64,000 nucleotides of DNA from Malacoraja senta (GCA_038087875.1 CM075977.1:1674001-1738000); one strand, 5' to 3'. Positions 14,397 to 27,687 are shown, counted from the stretch's first letter. Notes: generated from the letters alone by a model not told the origin. Translations and numbers: made by a program.

Positions 14397-14421
14397 ATCC
14401 GATGACTACCGAATGAAGTAA
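14397..14421 (+). CDS. MRPL13: Probable last coding exon of mitochondrial ribosomal protein L13, (x)SDDYRMK*
   Basis: Strong acceptor (cttctccttctttccag), phase-2 start, peptide like the human uL13m end PPEDYRL, ATTAAA 14490-14495 and AATAAA 14553-14558. MRPL13 is the convergent neighbour of COL14A1 in human. Confidence 0.72.
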
Positions 14422-14649
14422 ATGCATTCCCAAAAGAAGATGAAGATAATCCAAAAGTCTATTTATTTTTCACGGCTCTGGTTCTCAGAATTAAAAGTGG
14501 CTTCTTTCCCCTAATTTCCTCTGGTGTGAGTCTTAAATCTCAGCAAACACTCAATAAATATATGGTTCAAGGCTGAAAAGAATAGATGTTGTCAAATAAC
14601 AAAAAGTGGAAAAAACCTTGAAGCAAAGTGGGTAAACAGAGTTGAATGA

Positions 14650-14718
14650 AACGTCACTCACGCGTAAATGATGTCGCGTAAATGACGCGCAAATGATGCC
14701 CAAGTGGGACAGGCCCTT
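14650..14718. mobile_element. Terminal fragment of a PIF/Harbinger-type MITE
   Basis: Ends AAGTGGGACAGGCCCT followed by TAA. Confidence 0.6.
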
Positions 14719-15122
14719 AACATTGCAGTGTTGCTTCATTGGGCCGATCCAATCTTGCTCGAGCAGTGCAACTTTGTGCCCTGAGGGAATTGCCCTTTAA
14801 TTGATCCTTTATTATTTGTGTAAGCCATGCCTCTGTAGGAAGTATACTGTCAGAAGTTTGTGTGCTTGAGTCTCATTCCAGAGGGTTAAGTACAGTAACC
14901 TAGCTGACACTCTGTGGTGCTAAAAAAGTGCTACATCAAAGATGTGTTGCCTTGTTGTAGAACATGCTACACACAAGGCTATGTGTGCCCCTTCAGATCA
15001 ATAGATCCCAATACTTTATTTTGACTTGTGCACAAATGTTCTCCCTGATGTCCTGGGTGAAATCAACCTCACAGTGAATGCTACTGTGTGGTTTATCCAG
15101 TCACTTTACCACATAGCTGTAA

Positions 15123-15894
15123 AGGGCCCATCCCACTTAGACGACTTTTTAGGCGAGTGCAGGAGACTCTGCGCTCGCCTCATAATCGCCACATGGTCGC
15201 TGGTGGTCTCTGATGAATCTCCTTCATGGTCGCGAGGAGTTCCCGCATTCTGGGAACTAGTCTGTGGCCTCAGTATGGTCGGCGCAAATTTTTCAACATG
15301 TTGAAAATTTTTCTGTGACCAAAAATTGGTCGCCATGGAGAAAATCGATAATCCTGTAGTCGTAGGTGCATTTGTAGTGGGGTCGCCATGTAGTTATGGG
15401 TAGTCGAGGTAGTCGTAGGTAATTTTAGTTAATCGCCTTTGCTGACCGTGCATTTTCATTGGCTCATTGGGGGGGAAAAAACGTAAGCACGACTTTTCAG
15501 AACCAAGGATAACCGACCAGTAATCTTAAATGCCTGCCGAACTTCACAGCTGTGTATCTCTGGCTTATTAAAAGTTGTCTGGCTTCTTAAAAGTGTCTCC
15601 ACTCCTTCTCTCCCCCCTTCTCCCCTCCCCCCTCTTTTAAAGGACTTACCGTGCACTGTGCTAGCCGTCTTAACCTTCCTGTTCATCGCGCGGTGTGTGT
15701 CTGTATCACCTTGGCTTTACACCGTGTGAATTTCAGACAGCGCTCCCCCACTTTCCCTGGCCTCCGCCTTTGTGATGTGTGTGTGTGTGTTCCAGTCTGA
15801 CAGTCGCGTTCCATTTCCCGTTTTTTCAGGCGAGTGCCCGGAACTTGACAGTCGCCGCAGTCCGCTAAAAAATCACCTAAGTGGGACAGGCCCT
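15123..15894. mobile_element. PIF/Harbinger-type MITE
   Basis: TIRs AGGGCCCATCCCACTTAG and CTAAGTGGGACAGGCCCT; flanks TAA and ATA (TWA-like). Confidence 0.75.
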
Positions 15895-16094
15895 ATAGTG
15901 GGTGGTGACTGGATACAGAATTACAAGTTGTGTTTCCTAAAAAAAAAGGAGATCCATTGGGATTTCCCGCACAGATTTGAATCCTGCCGACTACAGGAGC
16001 AGCAGGTCCACCCAGAAAAATCACGGTGTGTGTGTGTGTGTGTGTAATTTAAGAAGTGATCACTGCTCTATAGGTTTTAAATTGTTTTGAATAA

Positions 16095-17728
16095 GGACAG
16101 TCTGGATGGTTGGGGGAAGGTCTTATTCCGCCAAGGCAGATTACAATGTCATGAGGTAGGAGCTACGGGAGAGTAGATTGGGAGCAGTTGTTATTGAGTC
16201 AGTCCACAGATGACATGTGGGAGTCGTTAAAGGTGAGCTGATCAAAGTGCAGGATCAGCATGTTCCAGCAAGGAGGAGGGATAAGGAAGACAAGGAGTAA
16301 AGGAACCGTGGATGGCAAAGGAAGTTGTAAATTTGGTCAGGAAGAAAAAGGAAGGGTCTGTCAGGTTTAAGAAGGTGGCATCAGATGGGACTTATAACTA
16401 ATATAAATGAGTAGGAAAAAAACTAAACAGGCGATTAGAAGCACCAAAGGGGGGGGGGGCAAAAAATGTAATTGGAAAGTTGGATTAAGGAAAATCCCAA
16501 GGCTTTTTCTGTGTATATTAAAAACAAGAGGGAGCCCAATGGAGACAATGGGACCCTCAAAGACCCTCCTTCTGCTTGTTGTTTGGAGGATGTAGGTGAG
16601 GTACTAAATGAGTACTTTGCATCTTTATTAACTGAGAAGTTCTTGGAGGACAGTGAGATCAGTGTGGAAAATGCAGCCTGACCAAAATCCTATAGAGTGG
16701 CATCATGACATACGTGGCTCATATATTCAATGCCCTTAGCATGAAGGCAAGCATACCATATGCCTTCTTTACCACCCTATCTACTTGTGTTGCCATCAGT
16801 GAGTTATGAACTTGTGTCCAAGATCCTTCTGCACATCAATGCTGTTTAGGATCTTGCCATTTGTTCCTTACATTCAACTTCCCAAATTACAAAACCTCAC
16901 AGTTGCTTGCGTTAAACTCCGCCTGCCATTTCTCTGCCCATTTCTGCAGCTTTTCTATATCCCGCTGTATCTACTGGCAGCCTTCCTCATCGTCCTCCAC
17001 TTTAGGTGTCGTCAGCAAACTTACTCGCTAACCTATCTACATTTATGTCTAGGTTACTCTGCAATTCCTGCCCTGTAGTTCTTTCCACCGTTTTATATAT
17101 ATATCACAAATAGCAGAGGTTCCAGTACAGATCCTTGCGAAACTTCACTGGTCACAGACCTCCAGCCAGAATATCTATCATCCATCACAACCCTCTGTCT
17201 TCTACGAATAAGCCAGTTCTGAATCTGCACAACCTAGTCATTGTGAATCCCATACATTTTAATCTTCTGGATCAGCCTACCATGAGGGACCTTATCAAAA
17301 GCCTTACTAAAATCCATGTATACATCATCTACCGCTCTACTTTCAGCAATCTCCTTTGTCACCTCAATAAACTCAATCAAGACAGTGAGACATGTCCTCA
17401 CATCACCTCCTTCTCAATCTCAAACTGTCCTTGCATATAGTATTTGTATTTTCCACACTGATCTCACTGTCCACCAAGAACTTCTCAGTTAATAAAGATG
17501 CAAAGTACTCATTCAGTACCTCACCTACATCCTCCAACTGCAAGCAGAAGAGGTCTTTGAGGGGTCCCACTGTCTCCTTGGGTTCCCTCTTGTTTTTAAT
17601 ATACACAGAAAAAGCCTTGGGATTTTCCTTAATCCAACTCGCCAAATACATTTCTTGCCCCCCCCCCTCCTTTGGTGCTGCTTCTAATCGCCTGTTTAGT
17701 TTTTTTCCTACTCACTTTATATTAGTTA
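16095..17728. mobile_element. CR1 fragments in opposite orientations (+ 16095-16672, - 16676-17728) sharing a duplicated ~280-bp segment
   Basis: IKENPKAFSVYIKNKR..GEVLNEYFAS on both strands; RT remnants on the minus strand. Confidence 0.85.
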
Positions 17729-18330
17729 CTAGACTAAGTGCAGACCCGTTGGGTCTAGTCCCCGAAAGTGCTTCAGAACCCGGGGTCTGGTTCCCGAACG
17801 TGCTTCAGCGTCTTGACGGCGTAGACAGCGTCTGGACGGCCGTACACAGCGTCTCGACGTCGTACGCAGCGTCTTGACGGTGTACGCAGCGTGTTGACGG
17901 CATAGGCGGCGTACGCCGTCGAGACGCTGCGTACGCCCTCAATGGGGCTGCGGGCCGACAGGCCGTTGTCGCGCCGGTTCTGTGACGCTGGCTGAAGGCA
18001 AAGATGGGTTGTTCCGCCGCTGCTTTTCGGCGTCCTCGGTTAGAGGACGGCGAAAAGCAGAGGGGGAAGAGCCGATGTTTGGCTTGAGCCAGCGTGAGAG
18101 AGCCGGCCTGGGGGGGGGGGGGGGGTAGTGGAGGAGAGCCCGGCGGCAGCAGTGAAAATCACGAGCGGAAAAAAAAAATGTCGGCGTTTTGGGAAGAGAG
18201 TCGGGCGCTTGAGCCATCGTGAGAGAGCCGGCCCGGGGTGGGGGGGGGGGGGTAGTGGAGGAGAGGCGGGCGGCAGCAGCTAAAATCGCCAGCGATAGAA
18301 GAAAAATGTCGGCGTTTTTGGAGCAGAGCC
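17729..18330 (-). mobile_element. Non-autonomous Helitron 3' portion with internal ~20-bp and ~125-bp tandem repeats
   Basis: Minus strand ends AGACCC-AAC-GGGTCT hairpin, 9 nt, CTAG|T; CpG-rich. Confidence 0.65.
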
Positions 18331-18747
18331 GGCAGGATTCAAATCTGTGCTGGGAAACCCCAATGGATCGCCTTTTTTTTTAGGAAACATTTTGTAATTC
18401 TGTATCCAGTCGCCTCCTACTATAGGGCCTGTCCCACTTAGGTGATTTTTTTAGCGGACTGCCGGCGACTGTCAAGTATTTATTATATTAGCGTAAAAAA
18501 TGACACTTGCAACCACAGTATTATAAAACATGTACAGCATAACATTACGCACATTGAAGGATTTGAGCCTTCTGAGGAAAATGAGTCTGCTCTAGCCTTT
18601 TTTGTAGAGGGTGTCAGAGTTGACAGACCAGTCCAGTTTGTTATCAAGGTGCACTCCAAGATATTTATGTCTGCACCACCTCAATGTCAGCCCCTGCAGC
18701 GTTGACCGGCTGAAGGGGGAGCTTGGACCTGCCAAAGTTAACCACCA

Positions 18748-18859
18748 GGTGCACAAAATGCTGGAGAAACTCAGGCGGGTGCAGCAGCATCTATGGAGCG
18801 AAGGAAATAGGCAACGTTTCGGGCCGAAACCCTTCTTCAGACTGATAGGGGGTTAACTT
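18748..18859 (-). mobile_element. Penelope-derived insert, TSD CAAAGTTAACCACCA, within a Rex/Babar-like fragment
   Basis: 15-bp direct repeats at 18733-18747 and 18860-18874. Confidence 0.75.
18813..18840 (-). ncRNA. Minimal type I hammerhead ribozyme motif (best-preserved copy): CUGAAGA-A-GGGU-UUCG-GCCC-GAAAC-GUU
   Basis: CUGANGA and GAAA boxes, 4-bp helix II with UUCG loop, palindromic ACGU helix III, GUH triplet; helix I is weak. Confidence 0.6.
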
Positions 18860-21553
18860 CAAAGTTAACCACCATCTCTTTAGTCTTGGTTGTATTCAGG
18901 ATGAGACAGTTTAATAGAGATGTACAGGGCAAGTTTTTACACAGAATGGTGGGTATCGGGAACGCATTGCCAAGGGTGGTGGTGGAGGCAGATACGATAG
19001 TGGCATTTAAGAGGCTTTTTCGTTACTCACGTGGAAGTGCAGGGATAGAGGAATGTGGATCATGTACTGGCATATGAGATCACTTTAGCTAGGTATCACA
19101 TTTGGCACAAACATTTGGATGATGGGCCCATTCCTGTGCCCATTCTATGTTCTTATATTTCTAAAATCAATTCATTGATTGAAACCCGTTTTGATATTTC
19201 CTGAGGTTGTTCTGGAAATGAAGTTGTCTTTAACAGCCTTTGCAACTATATCCACCAGTAGTTTGAAGGTGATGATCAAATCAAGAAACTACAGTAATTG
19301 CACAAGTGTTGAGTTATATTGATATGGAAATATACAGTAGAGCATAGGAAAATAAGTGTTGAACATAGATTGTCTTTTGGAAATTATAAGTATTGAGGAC
19401 ATTTTAAGTATGTGCCCAGTAATAGTAATGGAAAATCGTAATAGTAATAGAAAAGGCTGGGCAGCTAATCGTATCGTCATCTCAATCAACAATAGTCATC
19501 TCAAACAACTAGGAAAAAGAGAACAACGATTATAACAAACAATTTAACTGTCTTATACAGAAAAGGATTCAGATTGGAATATGAACAAGATTGAGATATT
19601 TGTTCTTTTAAGAATAAACTAAAATTAAAATGCATCAGATATTTAAACGGCTATTTGAGGGAATAACAATTTAAGGTAAAAATATTCTAGATAGGTTGTT
19701 AAGCAGTAATTATGCCTTGGTACATTAAAAACTCTCATAGACTTCATGCCTAACATTTTCAAGCCTCTTTATAGGGATAATAGTTTGTAACTAACTAAAA
19801 TTCACTATTTTCTGCCGATTAACCGAGAGAAGGATGTAAAAGTTTTTTTTAGTGCAATACCAATTTGCCTCAAAGATTTGTTTCACTGCTAACTTTCAAA
19901 AATCTATTTAACACCTATTGCTATGATTTATGACTTGTGCATCAGATATTGCCAATAAGCAGCAATAATCTTTTGCCCTCCTATTCAGAATAGGTGAATG
20001 AAAATTAATCTGAATCAATTTACATGCACATACAGCTTATTTTAATGTTTCAATTTGTTTCCATCAGATTCCAAACTGTGTTTAATAACAAGACTAAATT
20101 CCACAATTGGTTGAATGGTTCAGCGGTATTTTATTGTCACATGTGCCGAGGTACAGTGCAACTCATTTTTGTGTACAGTTCAGTACAAGTATCACTATAC
20201 ATAAGCACTTAGATACATCTTAGATGAGGATCTCGGGTACAGTACAAATGTATAGTCATAGTATACTGAGACAGTATAGAGTCGCCATATTGTCGCCACT
20301 GTCAAGTCATGGTAGTTTTTAGTGCAGGGTTCTGTTCACTGCAATTGCCGAAAGATGTTATGGATTCCCCCAGTGACTGGTGCCATGTGCAGGCTTAATA
20401 CTTAACTGGTACTATTACTACTTGCCAAGTTTCATTCATAAGTTTCAAGACCATAGAATGTTGTGTGCTTGAAACATTTTGTCAGCATCTTTATTGTTTG
20501 TGACTCTTTTCAATCCATATTGCTCCTTATTGAATGGTGGCTTTGTTCTCTGCCAAGTCTGATCTGAACACTTATTATTCCAGTTTATTATCTCTTTTTA
20601 ACTGTTTTATTCATAAAGTTGATCTTGATTAAGTACTCACACCAACACAACTCAGGGTCAATGTTTTCAATGCAGGCTTTGTAATATACAAATAGTGGTT
20701 GCATTTTCTCTTAGTGTCTCATGTGAGGGAAGGAATACATTGTATTTGTCACTGCAAATTAATAGTTGGTAAGTTCAGTTCACTATGTGCTCGGTTTATA
20801 AGCAATCATTTGTGTGAAGTTTCCTACTCTTAACGCTGAGAGGAGGGTCATTCCGTTCTTTGTATCATTGAGTGCATTAGAGGTGTGTGCTGCCGTCCCA
20901 AACATAGGTGAGAACTTCAGGGAAGGACCAGTTCTCGTGCTTGCCTTTGCTGAGATTCTGAAGCATGTGGGTTGATGAGCTGATGCCAGAGCGAAGATCA
21001 AAGAGTCAGTTTGTCTTATTTAGACAGAACAAAATCGTACAGGGCTGTTTGAATATTCTTGCCTCTGGTTATGAGGGCAACAGATGAGCGCTTTGTGAAA
21101 ACACTGAGTATGTGTGCAGCCTTTCCCTATGGATATCATATGATTGTCAATCATGGATAAGCTTTCAGTGTTCTCGCTGTAAACTTCTCAAACACCTTGC
21201 AGAACTTAGATTTATCAAATGCCATTCTCATATAATAACTATTGGCCTCTGAAACCCACCATGTGTTTACAACATTTGCGAATGCCATTCAGCATATTTT
21301 AACTGGCCCAGACTGGTCCCTTTCAGAGTTGAGGTTAGCAGCAAGTTATTTTTATTTGAAAGCTGCTGCTAATGGCATTTATTTTAAGATTAGATCCAAT
21401 GGACATCACTGTATTATAATTTACCCAGCCCACCCACTGCACACAGGGACCTGAACCATAAGCAGTAAAAAAATACTGAAATATAAACCTTTTGTGACGT
21501 ACATTAAAAATGTTTATGCTGGCCAGTCTTGAAAGTTTTATCTCTATCATTTT

Positions 21554-21851
21554 GTGGCACAGTGGCGCAGCGGTAGAATTGCTGCCTTACAGTGCCAGAG
21601 ACCCGGGTTCAATTCTGACTATGGTTGCTGTCTGTAAGGAGTTTCTACATTCTCCCTGTGACTGTGGGTTTCCTCTGGATGCTCCTGTTTTCTCTCACAT
21701 TACAAAGTCGTGCAGGTTTGTAGGTTAATTGGCTTCTGTAAATTATCTCCAGTGTGTAGGATAGCACTACTGTATGGGTGATTGCTGGTCGGTGCGGACT
21801 CGGTGGGCCGAAGGGCCTGTTTCCATGCTGTATCTCCAAAACTAAAACTAA
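21554..21851 (+). mobile_element. HE1-like V-SINE
   Basis: A-box, GGTTCAATTC B-box, central domain, (AAACT)n tail. Confidence 0.85.
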
Positions 21852-21928
21852 ATTTGCCTAGACTAAAGAACAATACCACAACCAATTTCAGCCAAAGATT
21901 GTCATTATCAAAGGAACAAAAGGTTTAA

Positions 21929-22080
21929 TGAAGAATAGACACAAAAAGCTGGAGTAACTCAGCGGGACAGGCAGCATCTCTGGAGAGAAGGAATGAGTGA
22001 CGTTTCAGGTCAAGACCCTTATTCCTTATTTCCAGAAATGCTGCTTGTCCCGCTGAGTTACTCCAGCTTTTTGTGTCTAT
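21929..22080. mobile_element. Penelope-derived inverted pair
   Basis: ATAGACACAAAAAGCTGGAGTAACTCAGCGGGACA and its reverse complement ending at 22080. Confidence 0.75.
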
Positions 22081-23197
22081 ACTATTACTAAAACTCTTCG
22101 TCTTTTGTTTGTGGCTGTCTGTGTGTGTGCCAAATTCTATTTTCCTATTTTCTTCCAAACGCTAGACCACAGGCTTCCCATTTACACACATTCTACTCGT
22201 CCAGGTGATAAACATCTTCCCGTCACATTCCCACCTATATTTCCGCACTATATAAACCCGAGTGATGTCACAATCGACTCACAAGGCAAGACGGGACACT
22301 CCAGGTGGGAGGGGCACTCCAGTGCACTCGCGAGGCGGCCGCTGCCGACACCTGGCGGCGAGGGTGGAGCCGCAGGCCCTGGCTGGAGCCGAGTCTGGTG
22401 CTCGAGCTGGAGTGAGAGCCGAGCCCGGAGCTTGGAATGCGGCCGTGACTTGCCGACGCCCGACACCTGGTGGCAAGAGTGGTGCCGCGGGCCCTAGCTG
22501 GAGCCGAATCTGGTGCTCGAGTTGGAGTGAGAGCCGAGCCCGGGGCCGAAAAAACGCCGCCGCTGGAACCAAGTCAGGGCCGGGTCGAGTATGAGAACCA
22601 GGCCGAGTTCCAGGACTTGGTGCTGCTCTACAACCTGGGTAGGTCCTGGGGCACTGAATGCGAGTGAGGGGAGGAGGATGAAGGAAATGAGGAGGAGGGA
22701 GATGGGGTGGGGAGTGGGGTGGTAGAGGAAGATGGGGGGTGGAGGAGGGAGATGCCCCCTCCTCTACCCACCTCCCTCTCTAACCCCCTCCCTCTCCACC
22801 CTCCCTCCCCCAACTCTACCCCCTCCCTCTTGCCCCTCCCTCTCTACCATCCTCCCCCTCCCTCTCTACTCCCCAACCTCTCCCTCTCTACCCACTCCCC
22901 CTCCCTCTCTGCCCCCTCCCTCTCTGTCCCCCCTCCCACTTTACACCCCCTCCTTCTCTACCCCCTCCTCCCTCTCTACCCCCCCATCTCTACCCATCGC
23001 CTGCTCCCTCTCTACCACACCACCCTCGCTACCACCCCTCCCTCTCTACCCCCCCCCCCTCCCTCCCTCTCTAACCCCTCTAGGGATTGGAGGGAGGGTG
23101 AAGAGGAAGAGGAGTGAGTGCTAGGGTATGAGGAGAAATGAGCCGTGCCTGGCAGTTCGGGGCTATGCGTGGTGGTGCAATATTGCGTTGGGGGGAT
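22076..23197 (+). mobile_element. Probable non-autonomous Helitron (5' part) with a GC-rich ~116-bp tandem duplication and a CT-rich tract
   Basis: Begins TCTATACTATTACTAAAA; repeat units near 22343 and 22459; low complexity 22755-23080; no 3' CTAG end seen. Confidence 0.45.
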
Positions 23198-23733
23198 GGA
23201 TGTACTGCCTCATTTGAAACAGAAGCTTGGTTTGCCCTCAGGTAGATATTAAAAAATCCCAGAAGAGCAGGGATATTCTCTCATGTGTCCTGGCCAATAT
23301 CCTAAATCACCAAGCACTAAAGAATAAATAATTTGGTGATTGCCACATGACTGTTGAAGGGACCCACTCTCTTTGGAGATCAACTTTTTTTTAGATTATA
23401 TGTTAAATTACTCAAAATGAATATGTATTTAAGTATTTGCATAGTTATGCTGTTGTAAGGATTTTAATATTTCCACATGTTTAAGTTATTTTTTCAATTC
23501 TGACATGTTTATAAGGAAAATTTAGATTTAATCTTGATAATTTGCATCAATTGCAATTTGCAAATTCATATAAAAGGAATTCACTGTCATTAAACCTATC
23601 AAAGGGATTGAATATTCTGCAGATTAGTGACTTCTACCAGATATGCACTTCCAGAAAGGCAAAAATATCAACCTTGGCCTTCTGCCATTACATAAAGCAT
23701 AATGACGTGTTCTGTGTGTCCCAACACTTAAAC

Positions 23734-24076
23734 AAGCTAGACACAAAATGCTGGAGTATCTCAGCGGGACAGGCAGCATCTCTGGAGAGAAGGAATGGGT
23801 GACGTTTCGTGTCGGGACCCTTCTTCAGACTGATGTCAGGGGAGTGGGCGGTACAGAGATAAGATGTAGTCAGAGACAGTAAGACTGATGGGAGAACTGG
23901 GAAGGGGAGGGGATGGTGAGAGAGAGAAAGCAAGGGCGACTTGAAGTTAGAGAAGTCAATGTTCATACTGCTGGGGTGTAAGCTACCCAAGCAAAATATG
24001 AGGCCACGTCCCACTGAGTTAATCCAGAATTTTGTGTCTATCTGATTTAAACCAGCATCTGCAGTTCTTTCCTACG
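23734..24076. mobile_element. Penelope-derived insert (long inverted arm plus 3' end), TSD CACTTAAAC
   Basis: Direct repeats 23725-23733 and 24077-24085; hammerhead core at 23801-23828 (-). Confidence 0.75.
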
Positions 24077-24624
24077 CACTTAAACTATCTTGCCATCTGG
24101 TTAGTGCTGATATTTATACCTTGTATTCCTCTGATCTTGCTTCAACTCACCTTATTAGTATGTCCTCCACCCCTCATGTACATATTTGCCTCCCATTGTG
24201 CATCATGTTACTTGCCTTGGACATTCCCAGCAATTGTGAGCTGATCGCTCTCTGGATAAATATGTTGGTATTGAATTTCCCATTGAAATCATTTGTATTA
24301 GCCCTGCTTTCATAGTAGCTCTGTACATTCACTGTTCATTTATTAAGAACACAGATTTTTATATTAAATGTATTTGGTGACCTATTGCAAACATTGGTAT
24401 AGAAACACAACCACTTATGAGAAGGGGCGTGTATGAGGTGTAATCCCGTCCCAAGTGGGATTTCTTTCCAAAGCTCTGATAAGATGAAAACCCAGCATCC
24501 TAATTACTTCACTCCAGTCAGAATTAAATCTCACTGTCCATTTTCGTCAGAGAAATTAATGTTTTTATCACAATACTTAGAATTTCTAAAACTGTTAGTT
24601 TGAGTAAACAAAACACTGACTTAA

Positions 24625-26270
24625 ATTGTTATAGAGTCATGGAGTGTGGAAACCTGCACTTCAGCCCAATCTGCCCAAAAAGACTCGTCCCATTTACTCG
24701 AGTCCCACCTGCTTGTGTTTGGCCCATATCCCTCTAAACCTATCCTATCCATGTACCTGTCTAAATGTTTCTTAAACGTTGCAATAGTACCTGCCTCAGC
24801 TATCTCCTCCAGCAGATCATTCCATACAGCCACCACACTTTGTGTGAAAAATAACCTACGCCTCTTTCCTCCCTCACCTTAAATCTATGTCCTCTGGTTC
24901 TCGATTCCCCTACTCTGGGCAAGAGATTCTGTGCATTTACTCGATCTATTCCTCTCATGATTTTATACACCTTTATAAGATGACTGCTCATCCTCCTGTG
25001 TTTCAAGGAATAGAGTCCGAGCCTGCTTCACCTCTCCATTTCGCTCAGGTCCTCGAGTCTTGGCAACAAGTTTGTAAATCTTCACAGCATAATCTACTCG
25101 TAATCATCCTCGTCAATCTTGTTCCACAGGAAGAGAGCGTACACATGTGCTGAGAATGGTTCCAAATCAGAGTGCAAGATCCTGAGAATCCCTGGTTGAC
25201 CTTTGCTCATCCTAAATAAGTGATCAATTAGAGAATTTTGTCTGGCCAAGAGAGGCTAAACAGAGTGAGGAGTGTTCTTATATGAAATATTTAATCTTGA
25301 GTAGGGTTGGCAGGATTGATGTCAAGATGTTTTCATGACTGGGAGCGTATTGAACAAGGGGATATAGTTACAAGAAAAGGAGCTGGTCATTTAAAATTGA
25401 TGTGCGTAGACATTTCTTCTCACAGTTGTGGTGAATCTTTGGAGTTCTCTGCCTTGGAGTGTGTGGCAGTATTAGAAGTATTTAAAGTGGAGGTAAATAC
25501 ATTCTGGAAGAATGAGGAATTAAAGGTTACGGGGAACCAGCATAAATGAGGAATTGAGGCCAACAAAGATGAGCACTGATCATATTGAAGGGCAGCGCAG
25601 GCTCGTGCTCCTACTTTCTTTTGTTAATGCATGGTCATATTTTAGGCAATAAAAACAAGGGGATTAATTTAATAGTTTGAATTTTGTTTGTTTTCCTTAT
25701 CAAGTATTTTTTTAAATTTTTTTTTTTATCCCTATCTTTACAAGTTGCAAACATTATTTGCAACATGGCAATAGATTCATCAGCAACAAGAGAACTTACA
25801 TGGTAAAACTGTGGCCTTATTTCCTGGCTACAAATGTGCGAATATTGCCCGGACTTGAAGGCCTGAGCTATAGGGAGAGGTTGGGCAGGATAGGACCTTA
25901 TTCCTTGGAGCTCATGAGGCTGCGGGGTGATCATATAGAGGTGTATAAGATCATGAAGGAAATAGAAAGGGTGAAGGTACACAGTCTTTTACCCAAAGTA
26001 GGGGAATCAAGAAACATAGGGGGAACATTTAACAGGAACCTAAGGGGCAAATTTTTCACACGGTGGATATATGGAACAAACTGCCAGATGAGGTCGTTGA
26101 GGCAGCTACTATAACAACTTTTATAAGACATTCGGACAGGTACGTGGACGGGAATGGTTTAGAGGGATATGGGACATATGCGGGCTGGTGGAATCGCGTA
26201 AATGGGGCATCGAGGTCGGCAGGGGCAAGTTGGGCCTGTTTTCATGCTGTATGGCTCTATAACTCTAATG
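24625..26270. mobile_element. Cluster of CR1 3' fragments (24625-25070 -, 25250-25620 +, 25845-26270 +)
   Basis: GLEGLSYRERL and ESRTRGH remnants, CR1 3' UTRs. Confidence 0.8.
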
Positions 26271-26730
26271 GTTTACAAGAATAGCAAGAGATCCATTATA
26301 TGTGCATGGGGTCTGGAAGCAATACATGAATAGTCATGTATCCTTATTTACCAAGCAGCCTTACTCACAGTGATGGTATTTTAGTTATGATTTCCCACCC
26401 TAGAAGGTGTGAAAGTGAATGTGCTGTCGCACTAAACCACCTCTTTCTCTGCATTGCTGTTCATGGCATTAAAATGGCTCCGAGCCTCTTAGAAGTAGAA
26501 AGGAGAATGAACTATGTGTGGGCGGGGCAAAGTGAATTCAAGGCTACATGCAAAAAAATTTGGATGCTTTACCAAAACAAGAGGATGAAAGTAAAATTTG
26601 TTTGAGAATTTCAGGTTATTGTAATCTGAGGATTCCCTCCTTCCAACAGAGGGATTTAAAAATTAATCTCGCTGCTCAAAAGGCAAAATTATAGGTTCAT
26701 TTATCAAAAATGTTTTATCACCTTCATTTG

Positions 26731-27687
26731 TTTATTAAAGGTACTGAAATGTATTGGTGGTTGATCATGTGATGTAGACTCCAGCTGTATATCCAGGCAG
26801 GTCTGGTAACCCTGGAGCAGACAGACCAGTCTAACAGCATTAAGGATTTTCAATGTACCTTGTCAGTTAATAGCACGAAACATGCAACTGTATACGTTTC
26901 CAGTGCAAAACAAGGGCAGAGACCATTAAAATATGTTTTTTATTTTTTTATTTACTTGATTCTTGAACAATGACAGTTTCATCCAAATAAATTACCTGCT
27001 AGATTTTACAAAGAACTAATTGAGTAGAATAGGGAAAGGGTACCATTTGGGGAAAAAAACTATATGGACACCATTTAAACAGCTTCCCTTGACAGCAAAG
27101 GGACCAATTTGTCTTTGTAAAGTTTCCCTTTTATTGCTGTGCACCCCTGCAATTCTGCAGCAAGGTTTAACAGCTCCGCCGCAAGTGGTCTACAAATAAA
27201 AACTCTCCAGTGGTTTATGAATCAGCTTAAGTGAACTAATTTTTCTCAATATCTTTATCAAATTGTTTTTGCTCGTCAAACATTACTACAAAATTCAATG
27301 ATGCAGTCAATTAATTTAACACAAATAGAAATGCTATAGAATGGTAAACAACAGTTCTATGCCCTTAGAATGTAACAAATAACTGAAAGTAGCACCCTAC
27401 TAATCTTCAATAAGATTAGTAATTTGAAATAATCAGTCAACATCTTTATTGCTAAAATATTTAACAATCTTTTAAACATTTTAATTCTCATATAATGGCA
27501 TAAATGCTTTATGTTGGCAACAACAGAGCCAATGATTATTGCTTGACCTCTTCTGTGCAATTGTTACATTATTTTTAGAAATCTCTGTAGAGATCCCAGT
27601 TTTTAATCTCTGAGCTGAATGCACAATTTCTATTGCCCATTTGATCGGGATAAAGTATGTGAGATTTTACACTCTGACGACACTCCT
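26731..27687 (-). other. COL14A1: COL14A1 3' UTR with several AATAAA signals (minus strand at 27687-27692, 27445-27450, 27130-27135, 26939-26944, 26731-26736)
   Basis: AT-rich, no recognisable TE, downstream of the stop; the true poly(A) site is unknown. Confidence 0.55.

Noticed and set aside
22707-23124. Pro/Leu/Ser-rich ORFs
   Set aside because: Translation of a CT-rich low-complexity tract, with no splice or homology support.
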